A DNA stretch of 64,000 nt from Mobula hypostoma (lineage: Eukaryota), in the NCBI RefSeq assembly GCF_963921235.1, contig NC_086097.1, forward strand, positions 203,734,001 through 203,798,000. The letters run 5' to 3'. Below are positions 37,406 to 48,702 of the stretch, in pieces (position 1 is the first letter of the stretch; each line of letters begins with the position of its first letter). The position numbers and the translations under genes are program-made. The notes under the pieces are model-generated. The model was not told where the DNA came from. It made no database searches and worked only from the letters and a program-made list of their open reading frames with translations.

Positions 37406-38620
37406 AGAGAGCTGGAACAGGGTATGGAATATGGATGATCAGTGGTGATCACGTTGAAAGGCAGCACAAGCCTGAGTGGCCAAATGGCCGACTTCTGCTG
37501 CTGTGTTTCTGTGGAGACAAGTTCCCTTAGTGACTCTGTGAAAGCCCTTCTTCACTTTGTGAGTAGTTAGGAAACTTACTGGAGTTAACTTGGCAAACAA
37601 AGTAGTGGAGTTTGTGCTTTTTGTAGATGATTTGGAGGTGCTTACCTGTCTCTGGTATTCTCAATGATCACATCAGCTACAGTCTGAAACCTAGAGGACA
37701 ATCAGAATCAAGTTTATTATCAATGACATATGTCGTGAAACTTGTCCATGAGAAACATCAGCAGAAGCCTTAGGAATGCTGGCAGGATATAACTTGAATA
37801 TCTTCAGCTACGCATAAAGGACAGGATCATTGGAGAATGCAGTTTGCAGAAGGTCATCAGTCACCTCATAGTTATGCACACAGAGGATAAACTTCCACTT
37901 TGTGTCTCAGGCATCTCAGGGTATCCTGTTTCAGGGTAGTCATTTACACTGTACTGAGCTTCTGGACATTTTGGCCAGGATTTATCTGTGGCTCTCTTTT
38001 GGCCATTTCTGTCTCTGACTTGGTCCAAAAGAAATAATCTGCAATTACTGGAATTGAATTGAGCCCTGGTGCCTTGGTGAGACTGCATCTGGAAGAACGC
38101 ATTTGTCTCCTGTCTCCTAAGCTAAGGAGAGATAATGTTGTAACAGAGGGGTGCAATAATGAACCAAAATAATTTCTGAGATAGTGGGAATTATTCTATA
38201 TGGAGAAATCAAGCAAAATAAGCTTGTATTCTTTAGAGATTTTAAAAGAGAGGCAATCTCATTGAAACAAACAAAATCCACATTGGACTTGACAACACAG
38301 ATGCAGGGAGCATGGTTTTTTTCCCCTGAATGAGGTGTCTGGAACCAGGTCACAGTTCAGATTTAAGGAATCAGGCATTTTGTGCTGACATGAGAAGCAA
38401 GTTCTTCAGAAAATCATTGGAAATCTCAACCTAAGGGTGTTGTGGAGGTTCACTCACCGAATAAACACTCAAGAAACAGCCCGTAGAATTTTGGATATCA
38501 AGGGAATTAAGGGATACAAGGATGGTACAAACAATGGTGCTGAAGTAAACAATCAGCTCTGATCTAATTGCACGGTGTTGCAGGCAAAGAGACTCAAATG
38601 GCCAAGTCTGTTTCTATTCT

Positions 38621-38747
38621 CAAACACGAGGAATTCTGCAGATGCTGGAAATTCAAGCCACACACATCAAAGTTGCTGGTGAAGGCAGCAGGCCAGGCAA
38701 CATCCCTAGGAAGAGGTACAGTCGACGTTTCAGGCCGATGTGTGTTG
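38621..38747 (-). mobile_element. Short PLE 3'-end insertion within a decayed CR1 3' UTR
   Basis: 13-bp TSD CTGTTTCTATTCT (38608-38620 / 38748-38760); ends in a tiny inverted tag GATGTGTGTTG. Confidence 0.88.
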
Positions 38748-39719
38748 CTGTTTCTATTCTGTATGCTCTTATGTTCTTTTCAGTGTCGCACAAGCTTTTG
38801 GGTTTCTTAAGCTGTTATGGAATACTGCTCAGTTCCTTGTGGGTCCCCATCGTGACATTTGCATCTCCGCAGTTTGAAAACTGCCTTGGACAAAAACTAA
38901 AGTTAAAGTTTTGGTGCATCTTTAAATATCTAAGCCTTCAGTAAGTATGCAGAAGAAAGAGGGTAACATGAGATGTGCAGTACAATAATCAAGACCTGTG
39001 ATTCATGTTTAAGGCTGTTTAGACTGGCTGTACCTATAAATGGTAATAACACTGTCCTTGTTCCAAGCAGTATAACACAACTGATCCAGACAATATTGTA
39101 AACCACGCGAGGGAAACATGGGCAGCTTGCAAAATTATTTCAACTCTCAGGTATTTGGTTACATCTGGGAACATGCCGAATCGTTCTTTCATATGGTTAT
39201 GTTATGATTAGGTGCCTTTTCTTCTTGCCTGTGGTTATTGTAAAATGCTGGAGGAAAGCATCAACCACAAAAACTACTGAAGACAGTGGCTGCTTTCTCA
39301 GCTTACAATAAATTGTCACTGATCTCGCTGGAAAAAAGAAATCCCAGAATGAGCTGTTTCTTCCAAGGAAGAAAAACTTTAAAGACTGATGAAGTGCTTA
39401 AAACTGATTCATTGAGAATATTCCATGGTGTGTCAGGTTTTATCAGTAGGGATAAGCATGATAATAAGGTATTTTTCAATGAATCTTCCATCTAAAACCC
39501 AAGAAAGATTACTACCTTTACTGAAAATGGCTATATCATATTCCTTAAAAAGATTAACAGAAATAAGCAAGCAAACTGTTTTCTGCTCATTCTGCTTAAT
39601 ACCAATGCAATAAAATGAGTGAGGCCCTTAAAGGAAATCTTTAAGATCATTCGCAATGCCCTCAATATATTGTTTGTAACAGACAAGCTACCTCTTGCTT
39701 TGGCAGTGTAAGGTATTAT

Positions 39720-39934
39720 CTGCTTCAATCATTTCAGTGCCCAAGAAGAATGTGGTAACCTGTCTCAATGTCTACCGCCCAGTAGCACTGTGATGAAGTG
39801 TTTTGAGAGGTTGGTCATGAACCATGCAGTCTCCTGCCTGAGGAGTGACTTGGATCAGCTGTAATTTGCCTACAGTCACAACAGGTCAACAGCAGAAATC
39901 ATTTCATTGGCTTTTCACTCAGCTCTGGAATATC
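39720..39934 (+). mobile_element. Rex1/Babar RT fragment
   Basis: Translates as VPKKNVVTCLN.YRPVAL..MKCFERLVM..FAYSHNRSTA. Confidence 0.8.
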
Positions 39935-40534
39935 CAAACACGTCTGTACCCTGATTGGGCGGTGTTCTGGTCAGCGCCTGTTTGCTATGTTGGGGGCTGC
40001 TGAAACTAGAACCTGGCTGTAGGTATAAAAAGCAACACCTTCTGACTTTAGAAATGGAGAGATGTCTACGGAACGGTGTGATAAGGCCGCTGCCTGGGGA
40101 TCGCCAAAGCATGCCTGGAGCTAGCACTAGTGGTGCATTGCTGAGTAGGGGGGCAGGCACCAGAAAACCCGGAAACGATACAGCCAGCATTCAAAGCAAC
40201 CCACCAACACCACAGGCTGCAACTGCTGCAAGTGTTTCTCTGGAGAGCAGTCCACTTACCACTGAGACCACTCAAGCAGATAAGAGAAGAAAGACACGCA
40301 TGAAATGGTCATTAGAAGTAAACACATTTATAACGTGTGTATATTACCGAGTAATGGAACATTAGATTAACATGATATTAGATAAACAAGAAATAAGGAA
40401 AGGGAAGATAGAGTATGAAAGTAAACTAATACAAAATATAAAAATAGATAGCAAAAGTCTTTATAAATATATAAAGCGGAAGAGGATGGCTAAAGTCAAC
40501 GTAGGTCCCTTGGAAGACGATAAGGGGAAATTGA

Positions 40535-40946
40535 AGCAACACACATAAAAGTTGCTGGTGAACGTAGCAGGCCAGGCAGCATCTCTAGGAAGAGGCACAG
40601 TCGACGTTTCGGGCTGAGGCCCTTCATCAGGACTAACTGAAAGAAGAGCTAGTAAGAGATTTGAAAGTGGGGGGGGAGGGGGAGATCCAAAATGATAGGA
40701 GAAGATGGCGGGGGGGAGGGGATGGAGTCAAGAGCTGGACAGTTGATTGGCAAAAGGGATATGAGAGGATCATGGGACAGGAGGCCGAGGGAGAAAGAAA
40801 AGGGGGAGGGGGGAAAAAGCCCAGAGGATGGGCAAGGGGTATAGTGAGAGGGATAGAGGGAGAAAAAGGAGAAAGAGAAAAAGAATGTGTGTATATAAGT
40901 AAATAACGGATGGGATACGAGGGGGAGGTGTGGCATTAGCAGAAGT
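40535..40946 (-). mobile_element. PLE 3' UTR insertion in the CR1
   Basis: 12-bp TSD AGGGGAAATTGA (40523-40534 / 40947-40958); similar to 20304-20710. Confidence 0.9.
40599..40634 (-). ncRNA. Minimal type-I hammerhead ribozyme motif (best-formed copy)
   Basis: Minus strand AGTC CTGATGA A GGGC CTCA GCCC GAAA CGTC GACT: perfect 4-bp stem II, GUC site. Confidence 0.82.
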
Positions 40947-43763
40947 AGGGGAAATTGATATTGGGTGATAAGGAAATGGCTGAGGCATGGAACAACTATT
41001 TTGTGTCAGTCTTCACAGTGGAGGACACGTCTACTGTGCCAAAGAATGATGTTATGGATGAAATGGGAGGTGAGGACCTTGATAAAATCACTGTCACTAA
41101 AGAGATAATGATGAGAAAACTAGAGGACCTGAAGGTAGATAAGTCCCCTGGTCCTGATGGGATGCATCCCAGGGTGCTAAGGGAATTGGCACAGGCTATA
41201 GTAGATGTGTTGTTAATCATTTACCAAAATTCCCTAGACTCTGGGCAGGTCCCAGCAGATTGGAAGACAACAAATGTCACGCCACTTTTTAAAAAAGAAT
41301 GTAGGCAAAAGACGGGCAACTATAGGCCAGTTAACTTAGCTGTCATTGAGGAAGAAGTAGTGAAACATTTAAAAAGGAGTGGTTCCATTAGACAGACGCA
41401 GCATGGATTCAGAAAGGGTAGGTCCTGTTTGACAAACTTACTGGAGTTCTTTGAGGACACAATGAGTGCAGTGGATAGGGGGGAACAGGTGGATGTCGTA
41501 TACTTGGATTTCCAGAAGGCGTTCGATAAGATGCCGCACAAGAGGCTTATAAATAAGATACAGATGCATGGAGTCAGAGGAAGTGTATTGGCATGGATAG
41601 TGGGTTGGTTAACCAACAGAAGGCAGAGAGTTTGTGCAAATGCGTGTTTCTCCGGTTGGCAGTCTGTGGTGAGTGGGGTGCCGCTGGGATCAGTGCTGGG
41701 CCCGCAGCTGCTTACCATTTACATTGATGATTTGGAAGAGGGGACTGAGTGTAGTGTAGCAAAATTTGCTGATGACACTAAACTGAGTGGAAAAGCAAAT
41801 TGTACAGAGGATGTGGAGCGTCTGCAGAGGGATATAGATAGGTTAGATGAGTGGGCCAAGATCTGGCAGATGGAATACAATGTTGGTAAATGTGAGATCA
41901 TCCACTTTGGAAGGAATAATAGAAGAGCAGATTATCATTTAAATGGTGAACAATTGCAGCATGCTGTTGTGCAGAGGGACTTGGGAGCGCTTGTGCATGA
42001 ATCGCAAAAAGTTGGCTTGCAGGTATAATGGAATGTTGGCCTTCATTGCTAAGGGGATTGAACTCAAGAGCGGGGGGGGGGGTCGTGCTGCAACTATACA
42101 GGGTACTGGTGAGGCCGCACCTGGAGTACTGTGCGCAGTTCTGGTCTCCATACTTGAGGCAGTACTCCATACTGGCTTTGGAGCCAGTGCAGAGGAGGTT
42201 CACCAGATTGATTCCAGAGATGAAGGGTTAACCTATGAGAAGAGATTGAGTCACCTGGGACTATAACCTCTGGAATTCAAAAGAACGAGAGGGGATCTTA
42301 TAGAAACGTACAAAATTTTAAAAAGGATAGATAATATAGAAGTAGTAAAGTTGTTTCCATTGGTAGGTGAGACTAGAACTATGGGACATTACCTCAAGAT
42401 TCAGTGGAGAAGATTTAGGATGGAGATGAGGAGAAACTGTTTTTCCCAGAGTGTGGTGAATCTGTGGAATTCTCTGTCCAGGGAAGCAGTTGAGGCTTCT
42501 TCACTAAATATATTTAAGATACAGTTATATAGATTTTCACATAGTAGGGGTATTAAGGGTTATGGGTAAAAGACAGGTAGACGGAGCTGAGTTTACGGAC
42601 AGATCAGCCATGACCTTATTGAATGGCGGGGCAGGCTCAATGGGCCGGATGACCTACTCCTGCTCCTATTCCTCACGTTCTTATGTTTATACGACAGCAT
42701 ACAGGAACAAACTTCACCAACAGTTTAAGTGCAATGTCCCTCCATGCAATTAAATGCATAAAGAATAGCAGATCAATGTAGAGTGATAGTAAAAAGTAAC
42801 TTAATCCCTATAGACATGTTGAACCAAATAAAGCATGAAGTTGCACAAGAGCTAGGAAGAAAACAAACTAAAGACCGCAACAATACCATGCAAGAAAATA
42901 ATAAAAATGCAACCCACCGAAGCACTGATGAAAATACAATTATTTCAACTACTTCACAACCGGGCGTTAACAGCAACAACACAGATCTAGAGCCTCCGCA
43001 GAATGCTGATGACGAAGCTCAGAAACATTGAAAAAGGTTTATATAGGACATTGAAACTAAATTCGACGCACCAAAATGTCACGAACCCCAGCACGGAATT
43101 ACCAACAAACACAGAGTTAATGAATCTTTGGTCTCATAATTGGTCAAGCAAGGTTGCTGATGCACAATCAAGAAGCAAGCTGGATTCGGGAGGAAAAAGC
43201 ACCACACACACGATTGAAGAAATGCAAATACCTGAGGTTACAATGGATGTGCTGAAAGAGGTTATAAAAAAGGCACCCACAACTGGAAAAGTACTGGCAG
43301 TGATAAGATTCATAATTATTGGTGTAAAAAATTTACTTGCTTTCATCCGTACCTATTGCATTGCAACAATTTTCTTAAAAATCCTGAAAAAGTGCCTGAA
43401 TTTTTGACAGAAGGCAAAACATATCTTTCACCTAAAGGGGGAAATCACAAAAGATGCATCAAAATATCATTCTATTACTTGTTTACAAACTATTTATAAA
43501 ATTGTAACATCATGTATTCATGTATGGTTCTATCTAGCTTTAAACCTGCTGTTTAATTTACTGAATTGGCTGAAAATTAGGTATCAAATCAGAAACAATG
43601 AAATGAACTATACTTTAACATACCTTCTATACATGAATGATTTGAAATTATATACTCCATCAGTAAAGCTAAAGCAATTAATTCAAGTAGTAAAACTACC
43701 TTTGAAAGATATCAACATGAACTTTGGACTGGATAAATGAAGAACATTAAACATAAAGCTAAT

Positions 43764-44148
43764 AGAGTTGAACTGCACTTGCATGTAACGAGAGCTGTAT
43801 AACTCATCTCCTTCTACCTTAGGCCACAAACTTATCAATCACCCCTGCTGTGGACCACCTGGAGGTCTAAGGCGTTCTCGTTACATGCACGTGCAGTTCA
43901 ACTCTTTGAGTGAAAATGCAGAAAGTTTGAAGTTAATAACTCATCTCCTTCTACTCTACCTTAGGCCACAAACTTATCAATCACCCCTGCTGTGGACCGC
44001 TTCTACAAAGAAGGGATCCGTATGCTCCATGACCGCTGGACTAAGTGTGTACATGTAGGAGGAAACTATGTTGAAAAATAAAGGTGCTAGGTTTTCTAAA
44101 ATTGACTCCTTCTACCCGAGGCCACGAACTTATCAATCACCCCTCGTA
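43764..44148 (+). mobile_element. Mariner-derived non-autonomous element with reiterated TIR
   Basis: 44001-44081 encodes FYKEGIRMLHDRWTKCVHVGGNYVEK* (mariner transposase C-terminus); ends AACTTATCAATCACCCCTCG-TA. Confidence 0.85.
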
Positions 44149-44149
44149 C

Positions 44150-44520
44150 AGGACATTACAGACCCTTTTGCCCACAATGCTGTGCCGACCATGTAACCTA
44201 CTCCAGGAACTGCCTAGAATTTCCCTAACGCATAGCTCTCTGTTTTTCTAAGGTCCATGTAACTATATCTAAGAGGCTCTTAAAAGACCATATTGTATCC
44301 GCTTCCACCACCACCGCCAGCAGTGCATTCCACAGACCCACCACTCTTTGTATGATAAACCTACCCCTGACATCCCCTCGGCACCTATTTCCAAGCACCT
44401 TAAAACCATGCCCCTTGTGTTAGTCATTTTAGCTCCGGGAAAAGGCCTCTGGCTATCCATATGATCAATGCCCCTCACCACCTTATACACCTCTATCAGG
44501 CAACTTCTCATCCTCCGTCC
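44150..44520 (-). mobile_element. CR1 3' fragment
   Basis: ORF 44269-44523; similar to 13000-13390. Confidence 0.85.
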
Positions 44521-44705
44521 CATTCGTCCTCAGAAAGACCCCATAGTGATTATACCTCTAGGCCTGAATGGGACTATTTAGAATTTACTGTGCTGTGGAT
44601 GTCTATATAGTAGATGTATTATATAATATACTGTTTATATATATATTTATAGAAGATGATATGCATTCCATATTGCATTGGAGTTTATATCTAAGCAGGG
44701 AAGGG

Positions 44706-44955
44706 TGTTGTGTATTTAATATTTCAATAATATTTGAGTAATATTGTATATATTATTTGATTAAGCATTATTTGTTGTCTAAATAACTCATTACGAGTTA
44801 TATATAAAAGTACGTGTATGACATACGACATCACACTGCCATGTCATATGCACGCACCCTGCTAAAAGTAAAATCAAACACACGAGTTATCTCCCAGCTC
44901 CCTTGTTTTCCTTTCAATTAGTTTTTGTTATGTTTTGGAGTTAAAAAACATAACA
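44706..44955 (+). mobile_element. Probable solo LTR (Gypsy-like)
   Basis: TGTTGTG...CATAACA inverted termini, TATA-like TATATATAAAAG, AGTAAA signal; TSD not clean. Confidence 0.5.
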
Positions 44956-45400
44956 GGGTATCCTGAATAGTTGCATGAAGGCCTGGTATGGAAACACCAA
45001 TGCCCATGCATGGAAAAGCCTGCAAAAAGTTGTGATCACAGCCCAGTCCATCACATGCAGAAACCTCCCCAACGTTGATGACAGCATCAAGGAATGCAGC
45101 CATAAGAAAGCAGCATCCTTCATCAAGGACCCCCACCATCCAGGCCAAGGTTCGGGAACAATTATTACCCCTCAACCATCAGGCTCATGAATCAGCATGG
45201 ATAACTTCACTTACCTCAACTCTAAACGGATCCACAGCCTGTGAACTCACTTTCAAGGACCCTACAACTCATGTTCTCAGTATTATTTATTTATTGATTA
45301 TTAATTTATTTTTATATGCATAGTTTGTCTTTTTAGAACGTTATCAATGTGTGTGTGTGTGGTTTTTTATTGATTCTATTGTGTTGCTCTGTTTTAAGGT
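44956..45400 (+). mobile_element. Rex1/Babar 3' fragment
   Basis: ORF 44975-45190 (AWYGNT..LQKVVITAQSIT..AASFIKDPHHP). Confidence 0.8.
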
Positions 45401-46042
45401 TAAATGAAGCGACACAAGGCTTTGCTTCCAGATGAGCTCAATGCCTTCTATGCTTCCCTTGACCATCAAAACATGGAGGAACCATCACAAACTCCCACAT
45501 CACCCAATGATCCTGTGATTTCAGTCTCTGAGGCCAATGTGCAAGAAGCCTTCAGGAGGGTGATCCCACAGAAAGCATCCAGCCTGGACGGGGTACCTGA
45601 CCACATACTATAGACCTGTGCTTATCATCTGGCTGGAGTGTTCACTGAGACCTTTAACATTTTGCTCAGCAGTCTGAGGTACCCATCTGCTTCAAGCTGA
45701 CATCAATTGTACTGGAGCCTAAGAAGAATATGGTAGCCTGCCTCAATGACTGCTGTCCAGTAGCATTTATATTCACAGTGATCAAGTATTTTGCCTGGCT
45801 GGTAATGAAACTTATCAGCTCCTTCCTGGAAGCGACTTGGATCTGTTCCAGTTTGCCTATTGGAGCAACAGGTTCACATAGAACATAGAACAGTACAGCA
45901 CAGTACAGGCCCTTCGGCCCACAATGTTGTGCCGATACCGAGCAGATACCATCTCATTGGCTTTTCACCCAGCCCTGGAACATCTGGGTTGCTCTTTATT
46001 GATTACATCTTGGCATTGAATACCACCATCCCCTCAAAACTC

Positions 46043-47079
46043 ATTCCTCACAGACAGGACCCAGGCTGTAAAAGTAGGGGACAAGCTCTCCTCTACAATC
46101 ACTCTGAGCACTGGTGCCCCACAAGGCTGTGTACTCAGCCCCCTGCTGTACTCACTGTACATCCATGATTGTGCAGCCAAGTTTCTATCGAACTCAATGT
46201 ATAAGTTTGCTGATGACACCACAATTGTAGGCCGTATCTCAGGTAATGATGAGTTTGAGTACAGAGAGAAATTCAGAACCTGGTGGCGTGGTGCAAAGAC
46301 AATAACCTCAACGTCAACAAGATGAAGGAATTGGTTGTTGACTTCAGAAGGAGCAGCGGACCGCACGACCCACTTTCCATCGGCGGAGCGCAAGTGGAAC
46401 AGGTCAAAATCTTTAAGTTCCTCAGGCTCAATATCACAAATGACCTGACTTGGTCCAAACAAGCAGGCCCACCAGTGCCTTTACTACCTGAGAAAACTAA
46501 AGAAATCTGGTCTGTCCCCTAAAACCCTCACTAATTTTTATAGATGCACCGTAGAAAGCATTCTTCCATCACAACCTGGTATGGAAGTTGTCCTGTCCAA
46601 GACCGGAAGAAGCTGCAGAAGATCGTGAACACGGCACAGCGCATCACACAAACCAATCTTCCGTCCTTGGACTCACTTTACACCACATGCTGTCGGAGCA
46701 GTGCTGCCAGGATAATCAAGGACACGACCCACCCAGCCAACACACTTTTCATCCCTCTTTCCTCCGGGAGAAGGCTCAGGAGCTTGAAGACTCATATGGT
46801 CAGATTTGGGAACAGCTTCTTTCCAACTGTGATAAGACTGCTGAACGGATCCTGACCCGGATCTGGGCCGTACCTTCCAAATATCCGGACTTGCCTCTCG
46901 GTATTTTTTTCACTACCTTACTTTCCCTTTTCTATTTTCTATTTATGATTTATAATTTAAATTTTTAATATTTACTGCCAATTTGTACTCCAGGGAGCGC
47001 GAAGAGCAGAATCAAATATCGCTGTGATGATTATACGCTCTAGTATCAATTGTTTGATGACAATAAAGTATAAAGTATA
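46043..47079 (+). mobile_element. Younger Rex1/Babar copy nested in an older Rex1/Babar
   Basis: GAPQGCVLSPLLYSLY..KFADDT, ORFs 46283-46522 and 46544-46855; (TAAAGTA)n tail; AAACT repeated at both junctions. Confidence 0.85.
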
Positions 47080-47917
47080 AACTAATCAATAAGCTTCAAT
47101 ACCTTCTTGTGCAATAGGATCCTCGATTTCCTCACTTGAGTCAGTTCAGATTAGCAACAACATCTCCACGATCTCCATCAGCACAGGTGCACACAATGCT
47201 TAGCCCCCTGCTCTACTTGCTTTACACTTATGGCTATGTGGCTAAGCAAAGTGCCAATGCCATTTTCAAGTTTACTGATAACACTACTGTTGTAGGCTGA
47301 ATCAAAGTTGGTTACGAATCAGGATATAGGAGGAAGATTGAAAATCTGGCTAAGTGGTGGCGGTGTTGTGGATAGTGTCGAGGGCTGTCAGAGGATACAA
47401 CAGGACATTAACAGGATGCAAAACTGGGCTGAGAAGTGGCAGATGGAGTTCAACCCCGATAAGTGTGAAGTGGTTCATTTTGGTAGATCAAATATGATGG
47501 CAGAATATAGCATTAATGGTAAGACTCTTGGCAGTGTGGAGGATCACGGGTATCTTGGGGTCCGAAACCATAGGACACTCAAAGCTGCTACGCAGGTTGA
47601 CTCCATGGTTAAGAACGTATACGGTGCATTGGCCTTCATCAATCGTGGGATTGAGTTTAAGAGCTGAGAGGTATTATTGCAGCTATATAGGAACTGGTCA
47701 GACCCCACTTGGAGTTCTGTGCTCAATTCTGGTCACCTCACTACAGGAAAGATGTGGAAACCATAGAAAGGGTGCAGAGGAGATTTACAAGGATGTTGCC
47801 TGGATTGGGGAGCATGCTTTATGAGAATAGTTTGATTGAACTCAGCCTTTTCTCCTTGGAGCAATGGAGGATGAGAGGTGACCTGATAGAGGTGTACAAG
47901 ATATTGAGAAGCATTGA

Positions 47918-48702
47918 CAGACATCCCACCCTGCAAAAATTCATTTCAGGGAGGTAGCACCATCAATTTGCGGGAGACTTCAGGGAGAGGTGGGATGCCT
48001 GCAATAGAGTAGCTCCTTAGCAACTAGCCAGCTAGTTTAAATAACGTTCGCTATGCTAATGAACGAATGACACCTGTTAAACTCACCTCAACATGTCTTT
48101 TACAGTCTTAACCCACCATGGGCAGTAGAAAAGTCACTGTTGCAAACAGTGCAGCGAGCAACACTGTCATTATTTTTGACCCCTATTAGGCAGGGGTACA
48201 CTTTAGTGTAGTCTGGGGTGATGTACGTTTTATATTTTCTTTTTTTGGAACACTCTCCCATGGCGCGCTGTCACTCGCTCTCTGTCTCTCTCTTTCTCTC
48301 TCTCTCTCTCTCGCTCTCTCTCTCTCTCGTGCTTTCGCTTGCTTTCTCTCTCGCTCGCTCTCTCTCGTGGTCGCTCTCGCACTTTCTCTCTCTCACTCTC
48401 GCTTGCTTTCTCTCGCTCACGCGCTCTTGCTTGCTTGCTCTCGCTCTCTCGCTCGCTCTCTCTCGTGCTCGCTCTCGTGCTCTCTTCCTCTCTCTCTCTC
48501 TCCCTCCCTCTCTCTCGCTTGCTTGCTCTCGCACTCTCTCGTGGTCACTCTCGTGCTTTCTCTTTTGCTTTCTCTCTCGTGCTCTCTCGCTCGCTCTCAA
48601 AAAAATTGATTTCTGTGACATTGTATATACTTTGCGGGCATCAGGGAGCCACTATTAATATGCGGGAGACTCCCGGAATTTCCGGGAGAGGTGGGATGTT
48701 TG
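47918..48702. mobile_element. Non-autonomous DNA transposon, hAT-like
   Basis: TIRs CAGACATCCCACC / GGTGGGATGTTTG; degenerate 6-bp TSD CATTGA / CATAGG; CR1 resumes on both sides. Confidence 0.75.
48270..48598. repeat. Compound (CT)n/(CTCG)n/(GCTT)n low-complexity tract
   Basis: Direct; lies inside the hAT-like element. Confidence 0.95.

Larger units (their letters stand above)
40372..42686 (+). mobile_element. 5'-truncated CR1 LINE (RT largely open)
   Basis: 357-aa ORF 40955-42028 (KSPGPDGMHPRVL, QHGFRKGRSCLTNL, YLDFQKAFD, KFADDTK); 3' UTR ending TTCTTATG. Confidence 0.93.
39935..43760 (+). mobile_element. R4/Dong-like non-LTR retrotransposon remnant (N-terminal domain + RT pieces), interrupted by a CR1
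   Basis: RMKWSLEVNTFITCVYY..TTAYRNKLHQQF..VIVKSNLIP; RT motifs NWKSTGSDKIHNYW, FLTEGKTYLSPK, SKYHSITCLQTIYKIVTSCI, WFYLALN, LLYMNDLKLY, NFGLDK. Confidence 0.75.

Noticed and set aside
39240..39720. Cluster of short ORFs in unique DNA
   Set aside because: No recognisable homology, no consistent splice signals, and stops in all frames.
39935..40050. HDV-like ribozyme at the R4-like 5' end
   Set aside because: Some pairing potential (GTTCTGGT/ACTAGAAC), but I could not assign the HDV P1.1/L3/J4-2 consensus by eye.
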